Origin: an uncultured delta proteobacterium | GTDB lineage: Bacteria; Desulfobacterota; Syntrophia; Syntrophales; UBA2185 | NCBI GenBank assembly: GCA_963695875.1 | Contig: CAVOID010000003.1 | Coordinates: 32,001 to 96,000 of the forward strand | Direction: 5' to 3' | DNA length: 64,000 nucleotides | Shown here: one piece after another, positions 20,244 through 32,046 of the stretch | Numbering within the stretch: position 1 is the stretch's first letter | Layout of the letters: every line of letters begins with the position of its first letter | Translations under genes and position numbers: made by a program | The notes under the pieces: model-generated | What the model was told of the DNA's origin: nothing | The model's database searches: none | Seen by the model: the letters and a program-made list of their open reading frames with translations, nothing else

Positions 20244-21100
20244 GAAGACCAATCTTTAGCGTTCTCATCGTGCTGTTTCTATCAGCAGGTGCACTTTCTT
20301 TCGTTTCCGGCGGGTTCCCCTTTCTAATCGGATGTGTCGCGTCTGGACATGCAACTTCTCAAGATAAAGGTCTAAACCTCTTACCCATAGACACGACGGG
20401 AACAACTCTTCACAGAATACAGGTGGTCAATGTTTACCCCCATGATCCCGAAGCATACACACAAGGGCTTGTATTCCATGAGGGATTTTTTTACGAAGGG
20501 ACGGGGCTCATGGGACACTCGACCATCCGCAAAGTCGAGTTGAAGACAGGAAAGGTTCTAAAGAGTCATCGCCTAGCTGTTACATACTTCGGCGAGGGGA
20601 TTGCTATATTCGGCAACAAGCTGATCCAACTTACATGGCAGTCGCATACCGGGTTTATCTATGACCTTCAATCTTTCCGTCTCCTGGGAACATTTTCCTA
20701 TCCAACCGAAGGCTGGGGAATCACCTGTGACGGCAAACACCTCATTATGAGCGATGGCACTGCGATATTGTACTTCCTCGATCCCCAGACATATAAAATA
20801 ATGAAACAGATAGAGGTACGGGATCGAGGTAACATTTTACAGAATATTAACGAGCTTGAATATATTAAAGGTGAGATTTATGCCAATGTTTGGGGTACGG
20901 CATACATCGTTCGAATTTCGCCGAGGACAGGGCAGGTACTTGGCTGGGTCGATCTCAGAGGTTTATACCAATATGTTGGTGCGGGCAGAAAGATGGATGT
21001 ATTGAACGGTATTGCCTATGATGCAAAGAATGACCGGCTGTTTGTAACGGGTAAATACTGGCCAAGTATCTTCGAGATCCGTTTAGAGGCTTCGAAATAG
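20240..21100 (+). CDS. Glutaminyl-peptide cyclotransferase (plant/bacterial type)
   Basis: YTQGL, EGTG, FGEGI, EGWGIT, MSDGT, NELEY, VLNGIAYD, TGKYW; hydrophobic N-terminus. Confidence 0.93.
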   Translation: MRRPIFSVLIVLFLSAGALSFVSGGFPFLIGCVASGHATSQDKGLNLLPIDTTGTTLHRIQVVNVYPHDPEAYTQGLVFHEGFFYEGTGLMGHSTIRKVELKTGKVLKSHRLAVTYFGEGIAIFGNKLIQLTWQSHTGFIYDLQSFRLLGTFSYPTEGWGITCDGKHLIMSDGTAILYFLDPQTYKIMKQIEVRDRGNILQNINELEYIKGEIYANVWGTAYIVRISPRTGQVLGWVDLRGLYQYVGAGRKMDVLNGIAYDAKNDRLFVTGKYWPSIFEIRLEASK

Positions 21101-21109
21101 GCGGTAATC

Positions 21110-21796
21110 TTATAGCAGAGGGGATGTCCAACCCTTTTCCCGGTCCTGACTTTCCTGATCTTCCCTCGTGTCATCCTCAATTTGTTTTCGCGTCCTCTCA
21201 AAGGTTTCATCATCCAGGTGAGCGGGGACTATTAAGGGATCACCCCACCTGACAAAGATTGTACTAAAAGGTTTTGGAATAAGAGTGCGATCCCAGCTAT
21301 TCAACACCCAGGCTCTATTGACGGAAAGGTACGCCGGGAAGATCGGCACACCTGATAATTGAGACATTACAACAATGCCCGGCTTCACGACTCCTTTGGG
21401 TCCTCTTGGTCCATCAAGCACATGTACAGCGAATGGATTTTGAGAAAGGTCTGCGATGATCGCAGCCAGGGCCTCCCTGCCTCCTCGTGAGCTCGATCCC
21501 CTGACCGGTCTAAAATTAAAACGGCTGTATACGTCAGCAATCATATCACCATCACGGCTCTGACTTATCATGACGGAAGGCTTGTAGGCGCGAAACCTCT
21601 TGGCATAGCCTAATGCCAGAATAATACGCTGATGCCAGATTGCGCCTATGACCGTCTGGTCACTTTTGAACCGGTTCATAACCAGATCTTCATTAATGGT
21701 CCTGATTCTTATCGAAGAAAAGTATATGCGAATGAGATAATAGGCAAAGGGAATCAGGCCAAATTTTATAGCAAACCGCGAAAGATGCTTGATCAT
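21110..21796 (-). CDS. DUF374 lysophospholipid acyltransferase family protein
   Basis: WHQRI, SQSRDGD, RGSSSRGG, DGPRGP, SWDRTLIPKPF. Confidence 0.9.
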   Translation of the reverse strand: MIKHLSRFAIKFGLIPFAYYLIRIYFSSIRIRTINEDLVMNRFKSDQTVIGAIWHQRIILALGYAKRFRAYKPSVMISQSRDGDMIADVYSRFNFRPVRGSSSRGGREALAAIIADLSQNPFAVHVLDGPRGPKGVVKPGIVVMSQLSGVPIFPAYLSVNRAWVLNSWDRTLIPKPFSTIFVRWGDPLIVPAHLDDETFERTRKQIEDDTREDQESQDREKGWTSPLL

Positions 21797-21808
21797 GTGA
21801 CCAGTTTT

Positions 21809-22876
21809 TCAACCTCTATTTACGTAAATGTGATTTGAAAATATCCAGGGCAGGTATTTACCAAAGATCTTCAAATAGGCTTCGACCCTATACACCCCCT
21901 GCTGGCTGATGTTGCACGTCATATTATGTGTGATCTCCTCCCTGTAGAGGGCCCCATTTCTGATGATGCGGATCTTTGCAGTCGCAGGAAGCATCGTGGT
22001 GAGGCGGGTCTCACCGTCAAGCATAAATTCATCACCCATGGTCGCACCCCGGCTGTTATCCTGCAAAATGAAGGAGAATCCCTTTGCTTCACGGTAATAT
22101 TCTTGGGCCACATATACCCGTCCCCGCTTAAGTGCAGAGATCAGTAATTCAATATCCCTTGCATCATCTCTGGTAAAAGGTTTTTCTGTTATCACGTGTG
22201 TCCTCACCAATTTAAAGGCCTTCGTAAAGGGAAAAACAGAGAAATTAAAACCAATTATTTTTTTCATGGTGTCGTGATTATCGAGTTCGCCGATACCGAC
22301 GACCCTGGAGTTCCGGCTTAGTTGATCCCAGCGTTGAAGTGTTTCCTTTTTTGGTCCTCTGAGGAAAAAGGCAGGAAAGATAAAACTGAAAAGGGAATTG
22401 ATGTATCCGTTCAGCGTACTCTGCCAGTCTGTCATGAAGTCCCATATACCTATGCCCGTGTAACCGGTCACTGTCCAGTTTGACCAGGGGTAATGTTTCA
22501 CGTGAAACAATTTTGTCCCTCCGTGGTCAGGGTGAGCAACAAAACCTATCCCCCCTTGTGCTTGAACCTGATTCATGTATATCTGGGGATCAATATTCAA
22601 TTCGTCCTCGTTAACGATTATCGGTGTATTAATCTGGAAGGCCAGATAATGGTTGAAGCGGGGAGCAATCTCCTGCCCAATGACGAGCAGAGTATTTCCA
22701 TGCCAGCCTTCAAAACCTTCTTCCCTTGCCCGCAGGTTGGAGTGGTCCGTGAGCATGATAAAATCGATGCCATTACTCCTTGCCGCTTCCAAAATATCCG
22801 GCACGGAGACTCGACCGTCAAACGAGTAAACGGAGTGGACATGAATGACACCCGTATAGTCGTATAGGTTCAACAT
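21809..22876 (-). CDS. PHP-domain metallohydrolase
   Basis: HVHSVYSFDG, LTDH, GQEI, AHP, DNH, YRVEAY...WIFSN. Confidence 0.85.
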   Translation of the reverse strand: MLNLYDYTGVIHVHSVYSFDGRVSVPDILEAARSNGIDFIMLTDHSNLRAREEGFEGWHGNTLLVIGQEIAPRFNHYLAFQINTPIIVNEDELNIDPQIYMNQVQAQGGIGFVAHPDHGGTKLFHVKHYPWSNWTVTGYTGIGIWDFMTDWQSTLNGYINSLFSFIFPAFFLRGPKKETLQRWDQLSRNSRVVGIGELDNHDTMKKIIGFNFSVFPFTKAFKLVRTHVITEKPFTRDDARDIELLISALKRGRVYVAQEYYREAKGFSFILQDNSRGATMGDEFMLDGETRLTTMLPATAKIRIIRNGALYREEITHNMTCNISQQGVYRVEAYLKIFGKYLPWIFSNHIYVNRG

Positions 22877-23539
22877 AAAGACTTTATCGGTTTAATAGAC
22901 TGTGTGTAAAGTGGGCAGACATCACATCGGGGATCGCTGTTGCAAAAAAATTTCCCGGTATTAACGAGGAGGGCATGATACTGATTGTACAGAGGGACAC
23001 TTTTAGGAAGGTGGGTCATGAAAAGACTCTGAATCTCTTCATAAGTCGCATCCCTCTGAATAATATCATGTCTCTGTAAAATCCTTCTGGTGTACGCATC
23101 AATGATGAATATAGGCTTGTTTCCCGCATAAAGAAGGATGCTATCGGCTGTTTCCTCACCAATTCCCTTGACTTTGAGCAGTTTCGCTCTCAGGTACCAG
23201 AGGTCTTCGGCAAACATATTATCCAGGTCGCCATTATACTCTTCATAGAGAAACCGTATAAATGACTTCAACCTCTGGGTCTTGATGTTATAATATCCCG
23301 CCGGCCTGATAAGGTCAGCGAGTATTCGGTCATCTATCTTTAATAGTCCCTCCGGGACAAAGGATCCCTTCCGATTTCAGTTGTGATATGGCGCGTTCGA
23401 CATTCCGCCATGCCGTATTCTGCGTGAGTATTGCGCCGACAATCACCTCGAAAGGAGAATCACCCGGCCACCAGTGGAGGTCACCAAAATGAGCATTCAG
23501 CGTTTCATAGATCGCAAGCAGATGTTGGCCCCTATTCAT
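22870..23539 (-). CDS. Endonuclease III-related HhH-GPD glycosylase (frameshift at ~23330)
   Basis: WWPGDSPFEVIVGAILTQNTAWRNV, linker LIRPAGYYNIK in the second frame, KGIGEETADSILLY, DAYTRR, C-terminal Cys cluster. Confidence 0.88.
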
Positions 23540-23577
23540 ACAGAAATCCGGCATATTCCTTCATATAGGGGTTCTAA

Positions 23578-25056
23578 TTACTTACGCAGGCTTACAAAAT
23601 ATGTTGCCTTACCTCGTTTTATTAAAAGAAGGACGCTCTTTTTTGCACCTTTTTTCGATATTTCCCTCAGGTAATCTTTCAAGGAGGAAATTTTCACTTT
23701 ATTTACCTGCAGAATGATATCCTGGGGCTGGATACCTACCTCATCGGCCGGGCTTCCGTCTTTGACATCAACAACAATCACGCCACTCTTGCTGGCAATT
23801 CCGAGATATTGGGCAATCTCAGGTGTGATATCCTGTACGATCATCCCGAAGTTTTCCGACGACTCTCTGGCCGAGGCTATTTCCGGTTGATCCTTTCTCT
23901 CTGTTACGACAATATAAAAAGTCTTTTCCTGTCCATCCCGCAGGACCTTAACCTCAATCTTATCCCCGACATGAAAAGAGGCTATTGTGAGCAACAATTC
24001 ATGGGTATCTTTTATTTTTTTCCCGTTCACCTCTGTGATAAGATCGCCCGCTTTCAGACCAGCCTTGTCGGCTGGGTCTCCCTTGAATACTTCTGATACC
24101 AGTGCACCACCTGTATCTTTAAGTTTAAGATTCTTGGCGATTTCATCTGTAACGTCCTGGACAGAAACGCCCAGCCAGCCACGGGTGACTTTTCCTTTTG
24201 ATTTTAGGTCAGGCAATATGGTTTTGGCCATATTAATCGGTATAGCAAACCCGATACCCTGCCCCTGGGCCACGATTGCCGTATTAATGCCTATTACCTT
24301 ACCCTCCATATTGAATAGAGGCCCACCGCTATTCCCGGGATTGATTGAGGCATCAGTTTGAATGAAATTATCATAGGGACCAGCGCCTATGACTCTGCCT
24401 TTGGCACTGACAATACCTGCAGTTACCGTCTGCTCAAGACCAAATGGATTACCAATGGCGATCACCCAGTCGCCGACACGCAGTTTTTCGGAATCGCCTG
24501 TTTCAACTACGGAGAGGCTTTCTCCCGGTTTAATTTTTATTAGCGCAAGATCTGTTTTTGCATCCTTGCCAATGACCTTGGCCTCATACTCCTTTCCTGT
24601 CGAAAGTTTAACCAGAATCTTGTCAGCCTGTTCAACGACATGACTATTTGTAAAAATGTAGCCGTCATGACTGATGATAAAACCGGATCCGAGGCTTCTC
24701 TGTTTGAATTCTCTCTTGGGTATATCACCAAAGAATCTTTCAAAAAAATCATCTCCCCAGAAGTATCGGTCAAACGGTGACTCGCCAAAAGGTGATCTAA
24801 ATTGGTTTCCACTACCGGCCCGTATTGTTTTCGTGGTACTGATATTTACTACAGACGGTTTCAATTTTTCAGCCAGGTCAGCAAATGAGGCTGGTGCACG
24901 AGGCGGTTCCGCTGATGAAACCGCAGGTACTGTTTGAATATTATACCCAACAGGAACAAAAGACGACCTCAACACCTCCACGAGAGAAACGACAAAAGAC
25001 GCTATCAGAAAAGCCAGTAGAAACATTATAAAGGTTTTTCTGTTCTTATTTTCCAT
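23578..25056 (-). CDS. DegQ/HtrA (Do family) serine protease with two PDZ domains
   Basis: SLGSGFI, TNSHVV, DLAL, IQTDASINPGNSGGP. Confidence 0.95.
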   Translation of the reverse strand: MENKNRKTFIMFLLAFLIASFVVSLVEVLRSSFVPVGYNIQTVPAVSSAEPPRAPASFADLAEKLKPSVVNISTTKTIRAGSGNQFRSPFGESPFDRYFWGDDFFERFFGDIPKREFKQRSLGSGFIISHDGYIFTNSHVVEQADKILVKLSTGKEYEAKVIGKDAKTDLALIKIKPGESLSVVETGDSEKLRVGDWVIAIGNPFGLEQTVTAGIVSAKGRVIGAGPYDNFIQTDASINPGNSGGPLFNMEGKVIGINTAIVAQGQGIGFAIPINMAKTILPDLKSKGKVTRGWLGVSVQDVTDEIAKNLKLKDTGGALVSEVFKGDPADKAGLKAGDLITEVNGKKIKDTHELLLTIASFHVGDKIEVKVLRDGQEKTFYIVVTERKDQPEIASARESSENFGMIVQDITPEIAQYLGIASKSGVIVVDVKDGSPADEVGIQPQDIILQVNKVKISSLKDYLREISKKGAKKSVLLLIKRGKATYFVSLRK

Positions 25057-25180
25057 CTTTATTTATTAACCTCCTTTGGGTTCATATACTTCGCCTTAAA
25101 ACACTACTGTGGAATTATCATATGAATTTACAAAATACCATCATTTTTCATTCATGGACTCAATAATTCCAACGCGGAGC

Positions 25181-28100
25181 TTAGTGGATTCGTCTCCTGC
25201 CTGATTTCCTCATGTTCTCGTGTATTCTCAATGCTTGTAATAGAAATACTTCCAGTTTTGCTGTTATTACCTGTGGGAAGAGGTTCCCGTCGCTTTCAAT
25301 AGCCAGAAAGGGAAGTTCGGTACCCATCTCTCTCGACAATATGGCCTCTGAGAGACGATTGGGCATACACCCGAAAGGACCGATAGCTATGACCCCGCAG
25401 TAATGGTGGGGGATTTCCGTTATAGCTGCCCCAATAGTTAATACTGCCTCACCTGTAAGGCTTGGATTGATCAACTGGCTAACGTTACTGATCAAATGCT
25501 CGACATCATCAAGCCTGTATTGGAATAAATTCGACCTCTCCATGATTTTCTTGAACGTTTTCTCATATCTCCTCATCCATGTTGATCTCAACAAAAGGGA
25601 GACCCGTTCCCGGAGGTTGGGTACAGCAGCCGATAAACCCTTTTTAAAGCACCAGTCAGTATAATAAACCCACTCCATCACGCTGGAAACCTTGGTTGTA
25701 AATCCCTGCTCAGCTAGTTTCTCAACAAGGAATTGTCTGGAAAGATCATCATGTCGGACAAAGATTTCCCCTGTGAGTAAAATTGACGGAGTATCATGCA
25801 CATGTCTCTTTACCGGTATCTTTTGAAGATTATCGGCTGCCTTCGCGAGGACCTTTAGAAGATCTTTAAAATTCGGGGATCGTTCAAATATCTCAATGAG
25901 TTTTTTCGATTCCTTATTATGAATTTCCAGAGCCGCATCCTTGTCCACGGCGTTTGTCAGGATAACTGAATAAATATCCTGCATCATATCAGCTACCACA
26001 AGGCATGACCACAGTTTCAAGGTGAGTTCATTGCCAAGCTCATTGTAACTGTTTTCTCCTTGGAGGGAGAATACAGCAACATCTTCTATCCCATTCCTGG
26101 CAATAAGCTGACTAATGAAAGGAGAGTATTGGCCGAACCGACACGGTCCTGAAGCAGTGGGCATGAAGTAGACTAAGAGTTCGTCCGAACTATCCCTCTC
26201 TTTCAAATATTTAAGGAGACTGCCTACTGTAAGTAATAGAGGTAAGCACTCCTTACAGCTGGTGTTTCCCCTTCCGATCTTGAGGGCTTCATCATCTGCG
26301 GGTAGAAGTACCGATGAGCGGATGCCTATCGATCTGAAAACGGCAGAGGTCGCATCGTTCAGGAAACGTCCCATGGAAGGAATGACGAGATGTATCTGCG
26401 GGTGATGAAGAGGGTACCCTTTCCCTTTTGAATCAATGAATTCTTGTTTCTTGTAATCAAAGGACGCCGCTTTTTGTAAAGGATGATGTGTAGCAGAAGA
26501 ATCTTTTTGCCATTTACACAATTCCCTGTAATTTTTGATGATATCCATGAAGGCCTCGATTCTCGTTTCCAGTCCTGCATCGGCCACGTGAGAATCCAAT
26601 TCAAGTATTAGAAATGGTTTTTTCCCCATTATATTACGAAAGTACCCCACAAGGAAAGAATCCGGTCCACAGGAAAAATTAGTAATGTAACATCCAAAGA
26701 GTTGGGGATGCCTTTCTATGAACGTCGATCCTTTGAGAATAGACTGCCCTGTTGACCAGTACATAGTATCCTGGATCGGCTCTCCTTCTAAAGGAAGGAA
26801 ATTAAAGGGGATCACGGGTACCCCCCTCGACGCAAATTTATGAGGAATCCCCATATTAGCCTCTGATACAAAGGCATTGTAAGATCTCCCAAAGAGGACC
26901 ACAGCGGACTGGTCAGGATTTTTTTCAAGCTCATGTAAAAAACGTAAACCGGCTTCCTTCATTTCTTTTTGAGTATCTATCTGAACTTTGACCGCTTCAG
27001 AAAATGCCTTGCGAGCTACTCCCTTCCGGCAGCCAAGCTTCCTTGCCGTGGATATGAAAGCATCTTCTGCCATCTCATACCCTTCAGAAAAGTCAATAAC
27101 GGGAGTTATAATTTTACTATTTTCCTTTAGTTTTCTGAACATCTCAAGATCCTGAAAGGCACTTGATAGATAATAGGGTTCACCTTGTGACAAGGGGCAG
27201 GTTGTGCTTCGCTTGTCCCAGTTTTCCACTTGTGTACCTTTTACCTGGGGAAGAAAAATATAATCCGGCTTCTTTTTTAATAGGTTGAGGAGGAAGCCAT
27301 GTGAAATTTCTGCGGGATAGCAAAATGGAGCTCTCTGACGATCAACACCTTCCTGTTCTGAAAGGTCCGAGATTAGTATACGAAAACCAATCCGCGAAAA
27401 AAAATGGTAGTACAACGGATAATATGTATTTACTAAAAAAGATTTATTGATCCCGATAGTTTTCGAATTTGCTTCAACTCCAAGTTCTTCCGGTCGGGGA
27501 ATATACTTATGAAAAGAAAGATTCTCATGCATTTGGACAAGATTCAGATTCTCTGTATCAATTTTAATATTAAAACGTTGATTATACCATCGGTTACAGG
27601 CACCACCAAACGGGTATGTTTTTCCTTCTATTTTTATCCTTGCAATTTCACACTTCCGATCACACTTTTCTTTTCCACCATTACATGCAAACGGTTCCCC
27701 GTGTTCAATGGTCCTGTCTCTTAATTGTTTAAGAGAATATTCTTTTTCCTCTAAGAGTTTTAGCTGCAACATACGCTTTACTTCCAGCGCAACGCCGAAG
27801 GCACCCATCAGTCCGGGTTCCGGTGGAACAACAATTCGCTTTCCTGTCAGGACCGCCATGGCCATTGGCACCGCTTTGTTATAACAGACGCCTCCCTGCA
27901 TAAATATATTGTTGCCCACAGGTCTGTTTCCCTTGACCCGATTGTCATAGTTCATGCAAATGGAATATACGAGTCCGGCTACAATATCTTCTCTCGTCGT
28001 GCCTTCATGAGAGGCGTTCTTTATATCGCTGCTGATAAAAGCCGCACACTGATCATTGAAGTTTGGAGGGCTTTTACCCTGAATCGCTATGCGGCCGATG

Positions 28101-29456
28101 TCCTCCATTTCGATCCCCATTGATTCTTTTGCAGCTTCCTCCAGAAAAGAGCCCTGTACCAGCGCTGCAGGCATCATTCATTGCGTAGTCTGAAGGTACT
28201 CCATTTTTGATATAGGTATATTTGGCATCCTGGCCGCCGATCTCGAATATTGTGTCCACCGTCTTATCAAAAAAGAGTGCCCCGGTAGCATGGGCAATAA
28301 TTTCATTTACTATACCGCGTGTCATGGCATGCAATCCGGCTATCTGCCTGCCCGAACCAGTTACACCCACGCCGACTATTTTTATTTTATCTCCGAGTTC
28401 ACCCAGCCGAGTATAAAGATCAGCATAACATTCTCTTGATGCCTGAACAGGATTACCTTCAGTCCGCAGATATACGGAAGCTAATACTTTATCATCTGTT
28501 AGTCTGAGGGTTACAGCCTTTGTAGTTGTTGATCCCACATCAAGTCCTATTACACAACGCTCATTTTCCTTGGCTATCCCTCTCTCCGCTGTTTTAAAGT
28601 CGACTATAACGGCAGAATTGTTCAAAGGTGGCAGGAAGAAAAAAGAATTCTCCCCTCTTTTGAAGAGCTTTTTCTTTTCCGGTAAATTTATCGTTTCGTG
28701 ATCAAGAGCCCACAACGCAGATCCCAGGGCTTCGAAGTAAGGAGCTTCTTTCGGGACGATTAAGTTTTTTATCTCTTTTTGAAGATAGCTGACCATTACG
28801 GGATTTTGTGCGGTTCCCCCTATAATCATAATGTTATTTCTGGGAATCTGCTTGATAATTTCGAGGATTTTGCCGGCCATCATCTTGCACAGCCCCGCAG
28901 CTATCCTTCCCTTTGGCACCCCTTTGTTCGTCGCATGCGTACAATCACTTTTGCAAAATACACTGCAGCGTCCTGATACCTTATATGGTTTTTCTTCGTA
29001 AGCATAATGAATTGCATCGCTTATGGATAAACCAATTCTCCTGAGTTGCTGAATAAAAAATTCTCCCGTTCCAGATGCGCATTTATTCCCAGTTTGAACC
29101 GAGCAGATTCTTCCATCTTTTCCTAGGACATAAACCATGAAAGTTTCCCCCCCGGCGCTGATGATGGCGTCGAGGTCCGGTCGATCGCCATTTAAATGAG
29201 CAAGCGCAGCTTCAACCGCTTCCGGTTCTGAAATAGATGAAAGATTTACTGTATTTCTGAATTTCCTACCGGTCACGGCTATTTTGTCATAGCCATCCAC
29301 GCCTATATTTATAAGGGTTTCAAGGAGGGTTCCCCGGGGGTTGCCGTTGTGAGGTCTGATCTGTACGGATGTCTTATGAACTTGATCCTTTTCATCTCTT
29401 TCAATACCGACGGCCGATAATGTCGATGCACCTATACAAATACCAAGACTTTTCAA
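25181..29456 (-). CDS. Large acyl-CoA dehydratase activase (two BadF/BcrAD ATPase domains + DUF2229; frameshift at ~28152)
   Basis: GNKCASGTGEF, GRCSVF, DVGSTTTK, EIGGQDAK, NDACSAGTG joining SFLEE in the next ORF, CYPAE, FSCGPDSF, CRFGQY, PFGCMP. Confidence 0.9.
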
Positions 29457-29503
29457 CGTTTTACCCTCGTATAATTGTATCGGTTATCGGAACATCGATT
29501 TAA

Positions 29504-29612
29504 TGTCATTTCGACCGAAGGATGTTAATTCAATCCACACTCCCCGATCAGGTTAGAAACAAGGGGAAATCTTTACTACATTTATAAAATTTTCGCTTTA
29601 CTCAAAATGTCA
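29504..29612. repeat. Degenerate REP-like palindromic element, copy 1
   Basis: TGTCATTTCGACCGAAGG ... GGGGAAATCT ... TTTCGCTTTACTCAAAATGTCA; related copy at 37554. Confidence 0.55.
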
Positions 29613-29738
29613 GCGTTTAAAGCTAGTTTTTTAAACGGTCTTTTAGTTACATGACTCTTTTCTTAGTATATATCGCATTGTCTTTTTGTCAATAATGACT
29701 ATTTCGCCAAAATCTCAAGTTGTACATTCTCAGATACC

Positions 29739-30608
29739 TTAATCACCCAGTACAAGCGGCTTTTGAAGTCTTCTACTCCCAGAATAAAATATGTTCTTTT
29801 CATTATTTTCTCGTTTGACAGGATTCGTCAACTGACCTATTTTTTCTATGTCTATGGTTACAATGTCGCCATCTTGAAGGTATAGCGGGGGTTGTCGTGT
29901 AAAACCGACACCCTCCGGCGTACCGGTCAAAATAACCGTGCCAGGCAGCAACGTCATAGATCTTGAAAGATCACTCACGATTGCAGGGATATCGAAAATC
30001 ATGTCGGAGGTATCAGAATCTTGGACGGTGTTACCGTTCAATATCGTGCGAATACGAAGATGTTGGGGATCCGGAATTTCATCTCGCGTGACTAGATAAG
30101 GTCCCAAAGGGCAGAATGTGTCAAAGCTCTTCCCTCTGGCCCACTGCTTCTTTTGTTTTTCAATCTGCCAGTCCCGGGCACTGACATCATTGGCACAAGT
30201 GTAGCCTAGAATACAGTCCATTGCTTCAGAGGGCGGGATATTTTTAACCTTCCTTCCAATGATAACGGCAAGCTCAGCCTCATAATCAACATTTTCCGGG
30301 CCTGCTTCAGGAAGGAGAATAGGTGACATATGTCCAACTACACTGGTAGTCGCTTTAATAAAAACTATCGGAATTTCGGGATATGACACGTTTGTTTCGT
30401 CAGCATGTTTCCTGTAGTTGAGCCCCAGTGCCAAGATATTGCATGGAGAAACAGGTGGCAAAATACTATGAATTTTAGCCAATTTCGAAGTGACTTCAAA
30501 ATCTTCAAATATGTCTCCCCGAATTACCAGAGCCTGATTTGGGAGTTCCGGTTCATATAGTCCGCAAATTTCTTGATTTTCCCCGGTAAGGAAGCGAATG
30601 AGTTTCAT
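29739..30608 (-). CDS. Fumarylacetoacetate hydrolase family protein
   Basis: GLNYRKH, DYEAEL, NDVSARD, GKSFDTFCPLGP, TGTPEGVG. Confidence 0.93.
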   Translation of the reverse strand: MKLIRFLTGENQEICGLYEPELPNQALVIRGDIFEDFEVTSKLAKIHSILPPVSPCNILALGLNYRKHADETNVSYPEIPIVFIKATTSVVGHMSPILLPEAGPENVDYEAELAVIIGRKVKNIPPSEAMDCILGYTCANDVSARDWQIEKQKKQWARGKSFDTFCPLGPYLVTRDEIPDPQHLRIRTILNGNTVQDSDTSDMIFDIPAIVSDLSRSMTLLPGTVILTGTPEGVGFTRQPPLYLQDGDIVTIDIEKIGQLTNPVKRENNEKNIFYSGSRRLQKPLVLGD

Positions 30609-30801
30609 AATCTATCTCCTGAAGTATCTTAATAATTTTTCCTTCTCCAAAATATTCAGAAAAGGATTTTTTAATATTCTATAGTAGCATTATTTCCTTC
30701 AATTTTAGAACAAAGACAATATTTGCGCTTCCATTTACATTATGTTAGCATTCATTGCAATTATAATAGAGAATTTTACAATTACTGAAGAAGTCAAACG
30801 C

Positions 30802-31588
30802 ATGCTTGATCTTATTGAAAACATTGGTAAAACAAGCATAAGTGCTACCAGATCATTTCTCGATACCCTTTCCTTTGCCTTTGCAATCATTTTAAAAATG
30901 TTTAACAAGAATTCGTATAGCAGTGCCACGAGGATGGTTCTTATTAACCAGATATATTTTACATCTGTGCAGATCTTACCTTTATTTATAGGCATATCTA
31001 TCATATTTGGTTCTCTCCTTATAGGTATTGTATTTCAAATTATAAAGAACCCTGGGGCTTGCCGAATATCTGGGCCGAATTCTGATGGGCTTGGTGGTTA
31101 CAGAGCTGTCACCGTTTGTCACAGTGCTTTTAATTGCCCTTCGTTCAAGTTCCGCCATAAATGCTGAAATTGCCGTAATGAAGGTTAATAAGGAATTGGA
31201 CACATTAGATAAATTCAATATAGATGCGATCGACTACCTTTTCTTACCAAGGGTTATAAATGGTGTTATATCTGTCGTTTTACTTAGTTTCCTATTTTCC
31301 ATCCTGGCTTTGACAAGTGGTCTTTTATTTTCAAAAGTGTTGTTTGGTATGAGTTTGGATACCTATTCAAATGTTTTATTAAATTCGGCTAATTTTTATG
31401 ATATAGTAATATCTCTCATAAAATGTTGCACATTTGGCTTTTTTATTACGCTAATCCCGATACGGTTCGGCTTGCACGCTTCAAAGGATTTGACCAGTAT
31501 TCCTATAGCAGTTCTGAATGGTATGATTGACGTTTTTATAGCTATCGTTCTTATTGAGGTGCTGTCATTAATTCTAATCTTCATTTAA
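30802..31588 (+). CDS. MlaE-family ABC permease (frameshift at ~31050)
   Basis: QIYFTSVQ, then ELSPFVTVLLIALRSSSAINAEIAVMKVNKELD and YLFLPR. Confidence 0.88.
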
Positions 31589-31608
31589 GACTATTTGAAG
31601 ATGAAGTC

Positions 31609-32046
31609 ATGCTGGATAAAGCACTCTACGACTTCACTATGGAAAACAAGCAAAACCTGGGGCTGGTTTCTCTGGATGTACCATTAATCTCAAACCTGGA
31701 TGTGTGGATTAATATTGCCCTGATCAAGCAATATCATGAAAACTTGCCCGAAGATAAAGCAGAACTCTTAGTTCGCAAATATTTGCGTGGATATGGGATA
31801 GAGCATATTGCCAATAAACGCAACCCCGCATTAACTAATAAAGAACGATTTTGTGCGATGCTTTTAAGGGCGGCTATGGTTATAGATTCCATTGTTGTAA
31901 TTGATAGACCTTTCAAGATTATACCTGATGTTCCAGATGACCAATTTATTTATGATTCATTGAAAATTATTGATGATTCATTTAAAGAATGCCACATCTT
32001 CGATTACGCATGGTTTAAAGACAGGTACAGGATGATCCATGTCTAA
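31609..32046 (+). CDS. Truncated, degenerate ABC-ATPase-like protein in the MlaF position
   Basis: LISNLDVWINIAL, PALTNKERFCAMLLRA and VVIDRPF align by eye with the ABC Q-loop/signature/Walker B region; no Walker A. Confidence 0.6.
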   Translation: MLDKALYDFTMENKQNLGLVSLDVPLISNLDVWINIALIKQYHENLPEDKAELLVRKYLRGYGIEHIANKRNPALTNKERFCAMLLRAAMVIDSIVVIDRPFKIIPDVPDDQFIYDSLKIIDDSFKECHIFDYAWFKDRYRMIHV

